Source: Tubiluchus corallicola | Taxonomy: Eukaryota; Animalia; Priapulida | Length of the DNA: 64,000 nucleotides | NCBI GenBank assembly: GCA_030141605.1 | Contig: JAQGDQ010000178.1 | Coordinates: 374,628 to 438,627, forward strand | Direction of reading: 5' to 3' | Shown: positions 13,301 through 25,300 of the stretch, one piece after another | How the letters are laid out: each line of letters starts with the position of its first letter | Position numbering within the stretch: position 1 is the stretch's first letter | Made by a program: the position numbers and the translations under genes | The notes under the pieces: generated by a model | Database searches by the model: none | Told to the model about the DNA's origin: nothing | What the model saw: only the letters and a program-made list of their open reading frames with translations

Positions 13301-16300
13301 TTCAACAGATAAACCTCTAGTATTTCATACATCAACATATCAGAAGACTGCATAACAGGATTAAAAAACATGAATACTTTGACTTGATTAGCAGAGTTCA
13401 ATTAACTTGCCATTCAGGGTGGCTTCCAGCATTATCATGCCATAGCTCAATAGCTGTCAAGTCACCAAGACATTTGTTTGTGGTCAGCATGAACCAGTCT
13501 TCTGCACCTCTGTGCATGATGGTTCTTGTCTTGTCCTCCAAAATGACCGGGTTGCTGGACATGTTCTTACCTAATACATTTAAATAGTAAATTAATCAAG
13601 CTGTGTTCTTAAAGCAAGTATCTATACACAAGTCGATCAAAAGGTTTAGTAAATTAGTCTTTCTTACAATATTCTAATCCTTGGCTGCTTATGACTCAAC
13701 AAATCACCAAATTGGTAAAAAGAGCATAAAAAACTAAAGTGCAAATGCAACACAAAACAACCCTAACCAAAGCATACTGAACTCCTACTTTAATACCATA
13801 GAAAGTCCTTTAGTTACAAACAACTTTCAGTACTGCTTTGCCAAAAGAACAATTTATTTGATAAAAACTTTTTAATGGTAGTACCTATAAGAACAATGGC
13901 AACGTGAGCTGAGGTGCCGGCACCATTCATTATCCCAGTGTATGTCGTAATCAAGTAAACATAAGTATCATTTGGACTATTGTCTTCTAATAAAGTCACA
14001 CCCAACTAAGAACAAATTACAGTTAAATTAATAATAACCACTAAACAGTTCGACTTTTCTTATCCCATAAAAACAAAATCTATAGTAGACCAAATGCAAA
14101 TTTAGCAGTAATGGCGGAACAAGAGAAGCTTTCTTTGACGTAAAAGTCCTTCATCGTAGTACAGCAGCAACAATGTCAACAAACAAAACGAAACTGCAAG
14201 CACACTATTTGCCAACATTTGAAAAAGCTCACTATACATTTACGATGCATTGCTTCTTAAACTTTAAAATTTGTTTTAATAAGATTTCATTGTTATTTTT
14301 CAGATAAAATGCTGCTTGTTCTAAGAAGTCTTTCGTAAACTATTGGCATCATTACATTGTAACACTGACAGTCCATGAGCACTGTTCATTTTGAGCCAGA
14401 CGTCAATCAGAGAAGTAGAAATATCCATATTTGTCAAATAAATGTAACTACATCAAAATGCAATTTATTGCCGACCGGTTTCAAACAAAACAGAATTATG
14501 AAATTCTGTTCTGTTGCTACTAACATAATGGCTTGTTGGTTTGTGGAGTGTTAAACAGTTTCTTACTAATCAATATATGTAGTATGTAAGATAAATTGCT
14601 AAATTATCTATATAATATTATACCATATATCTTTTGGCTATTAACAACTGAATTGTATTTTGACGTTGCTTCTAAATTCTGGTAAATTTCTTTATTTTAG
14701 ATGTCCTAATATTGAACAGTTTTGTTCAAAACTGGTTGGCAACAAATTCCATTTTAATCTAAAAGTGTTGTAAAATGCATTGTGTTATTAAATATAAAGT
14801 TTATTTACACTATACACTGACATAGAAGACATTCAATAAACTGTACACAAATGTCTCAGAATAAACTGTTTAACAAATTTGTTGTACAATCACTTTATTT
14901 TACTAACCCGAAGCTCGTCCACTTTATCTTCTCTCCTAGCATATAAGAAAAACACGAAGCAAGTTATCCAAATGAGCACAACAAAAACCACCACAACCGG
15001 ATTATCAAAAAATGTAAGAAACAAAGCAGCATCTTTGAACGGATGAATCTCATTCGGTGTTGCAAGAAGACTTCCACCAAATATTGACATGTGTGAACAC
15101 TGGCAGTGTATCTGCTGTGGAGAGGTGAAAGGGCCAACCTGAAATTAAAACTCCAACTTGAATTCAGTAAAAATTTTAAAGGCTAGGAAGTAATAGGTAG
15201 CACAGCTAGTTATCTTTGATACGCGTTTTGAACATTTCTGCAAAAATAAACGTGCATTACCTCAATTTCAAATTCTATGCTGGTCTAACACATTAGTTCA
15301 GAAAATCAGTGACCAGATACTATAGATCATAACTACAGATTATATATTTATAAGATAGAATTGGCTAAATTTGTATGTAATGACTAGAGGCTATAGATCA
15401 TAAGTAGGGGTTATTTACAAAACAGAATTAGCTAAATTTGAAAAAAAAATAACAGGCTTAATGTCAGAACTTATTCTTGGAAGGACCGGGTTTTTACCCT
15501 GTCATAATCACTTGTTACCCTCTCATTATGCAGGTCCTGCCATTGAAGGCATATTTTTGTGCCGGTTACAGCTTGCAAAAAATGCATCATCTCTTAATTA
15601 AAAAAACTACCTGACACCCGTCATCAGACCATTCATCCAGCGTTTCATTCCAATAAAGACATCGTACTGATTGAAAAGACAAGTTGAAGTTGATGTAGAA
15701 CAGCTCAACGGGTGCTGAAATAAACAGTTACATTTATACAAGGCAAGTAAGCTGTAAAAGCCAGTACTGAATATAATGTATAAGATGATAAAATTAAAAT
15801 TTAACTTCCATCTTTACATTGATTTACTGAGATTACAATGAGTTTCTCTCTTTTTATTTGGTGCAGTAAAAATGTTTAATCACTTCTTCGTATTATTAAC
15901 GGACATGGGACACCTATACATTGAACTAATGACCCATGGCTAACAAGCACTCTTTAGCATTAAAATTACCTAGCAATACGATGTGCTACAAAATGCAAAT
16001 GACCAAGTACGCATCTAAATATATGCAAGTAAAACATGTTATAAGAAATCATTTAACAATCATTTAACAACTGCCCCTGCCATCCCAGCCCCCTTTGACC
16101 ATGTACACACATTGCTTTGTCCAGTTCACAAGAAAAGAGTCAGCCATTGGAATTGGAGGATTAACTAACCTTGCAGTGAAGATATGATAAAACATCATTA
16201 TTTGGAAAGCGCCATTTTGAGAATCCAAGATGGCCACCAAGTTGATTATTGTAAAAAATGGAAAGATAATTTTTAGGTTAAAGCAGATCCTTAGCTCTCC

Positions 16301-19300
16301 AAAACCCTATAGGATATCTAACCTCCAAAATTTTTTAAGGAACATTATGTATGAGGGAGGCTAAATGCTTGATTTGGACTCAAAATATCATTTAAGTAAA
16401 AACATTTTTACCTGGTGTGTCATTTGCAGATAAGTAACAAGGAAACTCTACTCTTTCATCCGAAATCGTAAACCACTTCATGCAAGGACAAGTAAATGTG
16501 AGATAGCTTGTTGTTATTACTACCTAAGTAAACGTGAAAACAACTTGATACAACATAGGTAAAGATTGTAACTATTAGCACGAGTTATTTCAGCTAATTC
16601 TGGTCTTAGTGTACTCATCAGTTTAAACACGTATTTATTTTACAACCTTTGGACATTCTGTAAAACTGATACAAAAGTCCACTGGATTACAGAGATAATA
16701 CAAAACTCGAAAGATAAAGTGCATAATTAGTATCTACATAACAATTAAACAAGCGTATTAATTAATGAAAAAGCCAGTGGCAATCTAGCAAGTATTAAAC
16801 AAACGAATGTAAAACATGTAATGTTATCAACGGAAAGTATTGAATTTAGCTTAAGTTTAGGTTTAATATAATTACACACAACAGTTAATATACTACAATT
16901 TACCAAGATACTAGTTGTCATGTATTGATAATACTGCGTATGAATAGCATAGTAGTGCGGATGGTTAGGAGTTGTTCGGTTTATGGCCGCGAGGCATAAT
17001 AGATTAAACTTGTTTCTTATTAGATAAATGAAGCCCATTTCGTGTTTAAAATAATAAAGAATTACAAATATAACAGTGGCGAAGAGTTTATGAAGAAACC
17101 GAGACTTGTCTGCTGTAAACCACAGAAACCGTAAGTTAGTCATCTATTGTTAAAATGGAAAAAACTGTTATTCCAAAATTTGATTGCCTGTCTGACCCAG
17201 CAACTTTGGGCACGCGCTGGCAAAGGTGGCTGACGTCATTTGAACTGTATGCAGACGGCAAAGGTCACATCGTTGGAGAAAACGCTGCTGCAGCAGTATG
17301 ACAGCAGAGACGTGTGCTTTTGTTCACTTAGCTGGCACCGATGTGCAAGAGATCTTTCGCACATTGCCAAACACTGGTGAAGCCAACGATTACATTGCGG
17401 CAGTGAATGCTTTAAACACATATTTTGTACCGCAAATTAATCCAGTATTCGCTCGACAAACTTTTCATCAGTTAAACCAGAAACAAGGAGAGACTGTACT
17501 ACAGTTTGTTACTCGTCTACGGACTGCCGCATGTGATTGCGAATTTGGCGGTGATTCAGACAATCAGATTTGTGACGCTGTGCTGTGTAAGTGTAATTCG
17601 GATTACATTCGTCGTAAGTTATTAGAATCTGACCAAGACTTAACGCTTGCTAATGTGTTAGATATTGCAAATAAATGTGAGAAAGTTGAATCTCAGATGA
17701 CATCGTTAGTGGGAACTCCAAATTCCGCTGAAAAAGACAGTTGCAATCTAGTGCACAGCAAAAAGCATAATTATGCAAAGTCGCGAAAATTTGCACAACT
17801 TAACTCCCCAGGAAAAAAGAAAAATTCTGGAGCCTGCTACAGATGTGGATCGCTAGATCATTACGGACGTGACCCAAATTGCCCAGCCAAAGGTCAAACG
17901 TGCAAAAAGTGTGGTGGCAGAGATCATTTTGCCAAGGTATGCAAGACCAAATTAAATAAGTTGAATAAAACTGGGACCAAATATGCTAATGTTAATCAAG
18001 TGAAAAATGGTTCGGATGATGAAAACTGTCACTATGTTTTTGTAAGAAAAGATCGCCTGAAAACAAACATGATAACTGTCAATGCAGGTGGTGTAGATAT
18101 GGAGGCAATGGTGGACTCTGGTGCTACTTGCAATCTTATTGATGAAAAGATGTGGGAAAACTTAAAGCGAAATAAAATAACATGCAAATCATGCGTGGCT
18201 TCATCTGGAAGAAAGCTGTATACTTATGCTTCAAAGGAGCCTCTATCGATTAAAGGTACATTCACATGTGAAGTTAAAACTGGTCAAAAATGGACAGATG
18301 CTGAATTTGTTGTAATCCATGGTGAAGGTGTTCCATTGTTGGGTGAGGAAACTGCGACAACATTGGGAGTACTGAAAATTGGCACCGAAGTTGCTGCTGT
18401 GAGTACTGAGGAATTAACACTTAACAGTTTAAAAACGAAATTTCCAGAAGTGTTTCAAGGCGTTGGCAAGCTCAAAACCAGGCAGGTGGAGTTGCACATT
18501 GATGAAGCAGTAACACCTGTAGCACAACCGTTAAGGAGAACTCCCTTCGATTTAAGGGGCAAAGTTGAGGAGAACATACAGGAACTTTTAAATCTAGATA
18601 TCATTGAACCGGTAGATGGTCCAACCCCTTGGGTCAACCCTGTAGTGGTTGCACCAAAGGACAAAGGTCACATCCGGTTATGTGTTGATATGCGCTGTGC
18701 AAATGAGGCAATTATCAGAGAACGTCATCCGATTCCGACAGTTGATGAAGTACTGCAAAACATGAATGGTTCAAAGGTATTTAGCAAACTAGACCTAAAA
18801 TGGGGGTATCACCAACTTGAATTATCTGAAAAATCGCGTGAGATAACAACCTTTGTGGTACACTCAGGACTATATCGAAACAAACGACTTCTGTTTGGGG
18901 TCAATTCTGCAAGCGAACACTACCAGTATATGATAAGTTCTGCCCTGGCTGGACTCGAGGGTGTACAGAATATTTCTGATGACATAGCAGTATATGGTCC
19001 AGATGAAGACACACACTATGTATGATTATTAGCTGTCATGCAGAAATTATCTGAAATTGGCTTGACCTTTAACCCAGACAAATGTATCGTCGGTATGAAT
19101 CGGTTAGTTTTCATGGGGATACTTCTATCTGAGAAAGGTATAGGTCCAACTGAAGAGCGAGTAAGAGCCATCGAAGATGCATGAGAGCCGGAAACTGTAT
19201 TGGAAGTTCGTAGCTTCTTAGGACTCGTTGGATTCAGTAGCCGATTTATCCCAGATTTCGCTACTATATCGGAGCTGCTTCGCAAGCTAACTCGAAAAGG

Positions 19301-22300
19301 AGAACCATTTAAATTTGAACCAGAACAGAAGGAAGCATTCAACTTGCTGAAACAGTATGTGAGAGAAGATACTCGCAAACGGAGAAAGAGGCTTTAGCAC
19401 TGGTTTGGGCATGCGAACGATTTCATGCATACATGTATGGACGCAAGTTTGAACTGTTAACTGACCATAAAGTTTTCCAAATATTTACGGACCTAGATCA
19501 AAACCATGTGCACAAATAGAACGTTGGGTACTACAATTGCAACCGTATGACTATAAAGTAGTTTACGTACAAGGACAACAGAACATTGCTGACCCACTAT
19601 CATGTCTTTTAAGAGTAGAGGATACCAGCAATCATGAACATGGTGCAGAGGAGTATGTACAGTTCATTGCAGTTGAAGCAACTCCTAATGCATTAACAAC
19701 TAAGGAAGTGGAACAATTGTCAGGTTCTGATGAAAAACTGAAGTGTGTTAGAAAAGCTATAAAGACTGGCAAATTTGAAAACTGTAAAAACTATGCACCC
19801 ATAGCGAGAGAATTGTGCATAGTTGGACAATTAATCTTACGGGGAACACGTATTATTCTACCTACTAAGTTGAGAATGTAAGCTTTCAATCTGGCACATG
19901 AAGGACACTTAGGAATTGTTGGCACAAAACAAAACCTTCGAACCAAGGTGTGGTGGCCTGGCATGGATAAAGCAGCGGAGAAATTTTGCAAGTCATGTCA
20001 TGGATGTCAGATTGTTGCTCGTCCTGATCCGCCAGAACCATTGAGGCCTACGGTATTGCCAGATGGACCATGGCAGGACCTTGCCATTGATTTACTTGGT
20101 CCATTACCTTCTGGTCATTCTATATTAGTAATCATTGATTATTACAGTCGATACTACGAGTATGCAGTGATGATGTCAACGACAGTGGATAAAGTCATAG
20201 AGTGCTGTGAAGAGGTGTTTGCTCGTCACAGGTTACCTGAAACAATGAAATCCGGCAATGGACCACAGTTTCGATCCAGGGAATTCCACCAATTTTGTCT
20301 ACAAAATGGAATCTCTCATTTAAAAGTTACTGCTCGATGGGCACAAGCTAATGGAGAATGGAGAAGTTGAGCGTCAGAATCACTCTACTATGAAGCGCAT
20401 CAGAATTGCACAAGCTGAAGGCCGTGATTGGAAACGAGACTTAAGAAAATATGTTGCCAAGTACCGAATGTTAGAACATCAGACAACTGGGAGAAGCCCG
20501 GCTAAATTATTGTTTAATAGGAAACTGCGAGGAAAGATTCCAAGTTTTGAGTTAATCAATGAAAATTTAGAAATAGTTGATCGTGATGCAGTAGAAAAGG
20601 GGAAATCTAAGATTTACGCAGACTCAAGACGTAATGCTGAATATTCCTCGGTGGAACCAGGTGACAAAGTCTTGATGAAAAAAGATCAGACAAACAAATT
20701 TTCGACACCATTCAATCCAGAACCACATACGGTTATTGACAAGACAGGAAACAGTCTTGTAGCGTAATCTCCAACTGGAGTTCAATACTCGCGAAATACG
20801 AGCCATGTAAAGAGATTCAGGAGTAGGAGAGATGAGACAAGCACGCAATCATCGAGTTCCACGACTCCTTCTGACATATCTATTACTACTGATATGGAAG
20901 CTGAGAATGAAAGTTCTGAAATTTCGATCAGAAGATCACAGAGGATTAAAAAGAGACCCATAAAGTTTAATGATTATGTACTTAATTAAACTAGTTTACA
21001 GTGTGTATTTTTGTTCAATTACAATTTACATTAACAGCTTACAGGATTTAAATTTAGACATATCAAGTCATTAGTTTCAAGTGTGATGTTCACTTATTTG
21101 TTAGCTTATTCTACTTATAATATTGTGTTGGTAAGATATCGCCAAAATTGTGTTATTTCTACAACAGACTTTTCATTAGCAATTTAAGTTTCTGTCTAAA
21201 TGGGAAAGAGAAGTCATGTATTGATAATACTGCGTATGAATACCATAGTAGTGCAGATGGTTAGAGGTGGTTCGGTTTATGGCCGAGAGGCATAATAGAT
21301 TAAACTTGTTTCTTATTAGATAAATGAAACCCATTTCGTGTTTAAAATAATAAGGAAGTACAAATATAACATTAGTGATCTGGAGTAAATTATGTAAAAT
21401 GTATGCTTGCTTTAACATTATTATTCAAGTTTTCGTAATTTCCAAGATCTTCATTGACAAATAGATTTGACATTGATAACATCATACAAAGTGTAGTAGC
21501 AATAGACAGCTGTGTATTCATTGCTGTGCCATGCTTAGTGACACAAGAGTTATGCTGTAAAAGGAAAAATAACTTCCCGTGTGTACATGTATTTTTTATT
21601 TTTTACTGCAGGAAAACATTAAAGGATCCTGAGTTATCAGCAACTTGCACTATTTTCTGCAGCTATCACTAAGCTACCATTACTTGAAATTTCAGCTAAT
21701 ATCAGATCTAGTAGTTGTAATCATCAAATCACTGGTCTCAAGATATTTTACTGCTTACAAAATTATTTTGCAATTTACTTGAGAAAGTGTCATACCTTTT
21801 CTAGCAGCCAACCTGTCTGGAAAAATGATTTCTGAATCCACATTGTAACACTTTGCAAAAGTTTTACAGTTCTTGTGGAATACATGAACCTATCAATCCT
21901 ATAAAAATAGATAAAATTAACAGTAAGGTACAGACTAACCTATAACGTGCCTGCTTTACATCTGTAACTCTGTGTGCTTTATACAAAAGACTTTAAAAAC
22001 CTTTAAATAATTTCTGTCATGTAATTTTACCCTGTTGTTCAGTTACAGTCAATGATAAAAGCCTCATAGCAGGTTTCTGTTGAAGTTATAGTCATTTTTA
22101 AATATGCCCCCAGAAATTTATAGAAGCACCTTTTTTTATAATTTTCTTTTAGCTTATGATGAGCATGCATGTCTCTTAGTAAAATTTCAACCAACAGACA
22201 ATAGCGCCATCTTCATTTTAGAACATAACGGTATAAAACATTAATGAAACATACAAACGTATGAAAAACAGCTGTTAAGCACAATTGATGATTCTTTTAA

Positions 22301-25300
22301 GTAATTGTCGCCTGCAGATTCTTCAAAATAATAAATCTATAGCAACCGTTAACCCTTTCACTATGCAATTGCATCTTAACTGGGCTGCATTGACTTTTTG
22401 CACGTTTGACAATAGCTTCTTGTAGTGCGTTACTAAAATAGAATCTGGTAAATAAACAAATATGAGTTTGTTATTAAACACTAATATTGAATATTAGTTC
22501 TATTTGTATATATGTACACAAAAACGTGCATGCAAGTACTCACTTAATTACTCATGCACGCACTTGCACACATACACACGTTAAAAGAAGACTTAAAAAT
22601 GAGTGTTCACAAAAGTCACACGACTAATTTAAAGCATACAATCATTTTATAAAAAATGCAGAAAAAGTGACTAAACATAAGTTTCATTAAACATCAACAA
22701 GTGATTTTGGGTGAGAACTCATCATGCAGTAGAGTATCGTAAAATGCACGTGGCTTCAGATGGTGAAAGGCTGGTTAGTGTTATTCCTAATCCCAAGATT
22801 GTTAAACTGTTTTACAATGTTCTTGCATGGATGTATCAACAAAATAAACAGGTCCGAGCAATTGGGCTTAGTGCTGAGTTCTGGCGACAGTCTGACGCCG
22901 TCCGTCCCACACACAAAAAACGTAGGCAGCACTGTGCCGCCTTCTATAGTGTAAGGGTTGAGCGACCACACAATTTTTTTTCTTTGTAGAAATAGATGTC
23001 AAATGGAATATGCATGCAATCCTGCTCGTTGTATTAGAATCAAATCACATAATAAATAAAAAATAAATAAAATACTGTGTAGTAGGCCTACAATATAAAA
23101 TGTTCAAAGCTCAACGTAAACTTTTACCAAAAGGCAATGAAGGTAGCACCAACTTACTGTGCACGTCCAAAATTATTGTTCCCACCAGCTAGCTCAAAAA
23201 TGGGTGATATACCACCAGTTCCATGGAGTTCAATAAACACCCTAGCGCCAGTGCCGCTATAATCCGTATCAGCCGTGTATGTTTTTATGTAGTAAGTTGA
23301 ATCATCTGACAAAAACAAAAAAACACAAACTTACTATCTTTAGTTTTGCTGACAGAAACTACTATATTGTCTTGTACTTGTTACAAGCCTGGGAACCTAC
23401 ACAGGACTTTCTAAATAGCTACCATTTTGAAAAATGCAAATGAAAAACAAAAAAAATCATACAATGTGTTTACTTCATCACAGTACCACAATATGAAAAA
23501 GACTTGACAGGGTTTACGTACTTATAATATATGCTCTATATACTGTATAGCCAATGAGACGCTTGGGTGACTCACCGTGTGGGGAAAGTACTTTTCCGTA
23601 TCACTGCCTGAAGAGTCTAGACACCCACTGCCTGAAGCATCTAGACACCCGAGGGAATAGAGGGATGCAGTCCTTGCTTTGTCCAAGTAAATTGGTGAAT
23701 AGGTTATAAGATTAGGGTTGTAAGTGAACAAATACGAAAAGATGGATATAGAAGATAAACATTAGAAAAAAATTCTTATGCAATATCTCACCAAATTTCT
23801 TTTTCACTTCAAGCTACAAAATTGAAATATAAGAAAAAGCCAAGCAACTCACCTGTATAAAATTTCTCGGCGATATCAGCATCATACATAATAGGAGGAT
23901 CCTTTGTCCACCAATTTTTCGCACAAAACGTTTTCTTCTTTTTGGTAAAATTTGTGCAATTGACTGAAGCATTGAAATTGCATATATTCAAATTTAATGA
24001 ACATTCATCAAGGCAGTCCTGACGCAGTGCAGAATCGCAAGGAGGTTCACACAAATGACACTGCTTGACACACTCAATAACACTGACATTGCAATGTTCT
24101 GTGACATATGCACTGCACTCACCATAAATATTCCTACAATGTTGCCTGTCCACATCTAGCTGTATTGTTTGAACACAAGCAGAGTCGTACTGATAGATGC
24201 ATTCAGTGGTGCCTTCACAGTATCTGCTTTTTTGATCTAAACAAGTTGATCTCAGATTTACACATGTAAGCTGACACTCTTTAAATTCATACTTACAATA
24301 ATCAATGCAGGAAGAAACTTTTCTATCACAATTTGCGTTGCACTTGCTAAGTTCATTTGTGCACTTATCAACACAAGCAGTATCAGTTGTTGTACAATTG
24401 CTTACACATGCATCTTGGTTAGTACTACATTCTTCAGAACAAGTATCTTTCTCCACTTGACAGTCACCTCTACGTTTGTTCAAAAACTCTTTGCAGTTGA
24501 AGTCACAATTCATGTAAATGCCATGACAAGTCTCATTCACAACCTCAAGACAGTCTTTCAAACTGTTCTCACATTTTTGAGAAACATTTTTACAATAATC
24601 AATCCACTCATTGTAGCAGCGATATTTCTGCAAACAAGCATCAACACTGCAGCTTCTAGATTTTTTATTGTTTTTACACTCAGAAGAAACTCTCTTGCAT
24701 TCTTGTGATGGATCAAAACAAGGAGGAGTCAAATATTCATTGAACATTATGCCAATGTAGTAGTGAATTGAACTGCTGCGATTGTTGTATAATACTACAC
24801 TGTTATCTGGTTGGTCACTTGTAAAAAATGACTTAGCATTAGGAACGGGAATGTCATAGACGGATGAAAAATTTGAAAAATCTTCAAGAACTGGCCTTAC
24901 ATCCTCTTTAAAAATGACCTGAAAATTAGAACAGTTTTATAACAAACTCATCAAGAAGCATACCAAGTCAAATATCACATGCATTCGCTTAAGTATCAAG
25001 TGACATCAACGGGACGTCAGACGTTACCTGGGGCCCAGGAAAAAGTACTCCATAACCGTGATACTCTATAAGCATACACTGATAATAATATGTATATGAC
25101 TACTTAATAGATAGACATGCATGTAATAATAATAAGTGTACAAATAATGTACAATCTGTGGCTTCATAGAGAACTTAAATATACTTTTCAAAGATGTTGA
25201 CAAGTATCAACTACTTTACAGTATATTCAGATTCTAAGAAATACACTTCATGTGATTTCAACAAACAAAAATTGATGAACGTTTCATATCAAATTTTGTG

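Larger units (their letters stand above)
16916..21371 (+). mobile_element. Full-length but decayed Ty3/Gypsy LTR retrotransposon (Mag-like), intronic, antisense to host gene
   Basis: 160-bp LTRs 16916..17075 (TG..CA) and 21212..21371; flanks ctagt/ttagt; PBS tggcgaagag; PPT gggaaagaga; gag with two Zn knuckles, VDSGA protease, RT ([13 protein letters not shown]), partial RNase H, integrase; stops and frameshifts. Confidence 0.96.

Noticed and set aside
16745-17143. 132-aa minus ORF and its near copy 21176..21418
   Set aside because: Antisense reading of the two LTRs
23522-23731. ORF with a good donor (ACG|gtgagt) and a 24-bp duplication between the Cys exon and PLAT exon
   Set aside because: Open frame ends in phase 0 while neighbours need phase 1; the flanking exons join directly
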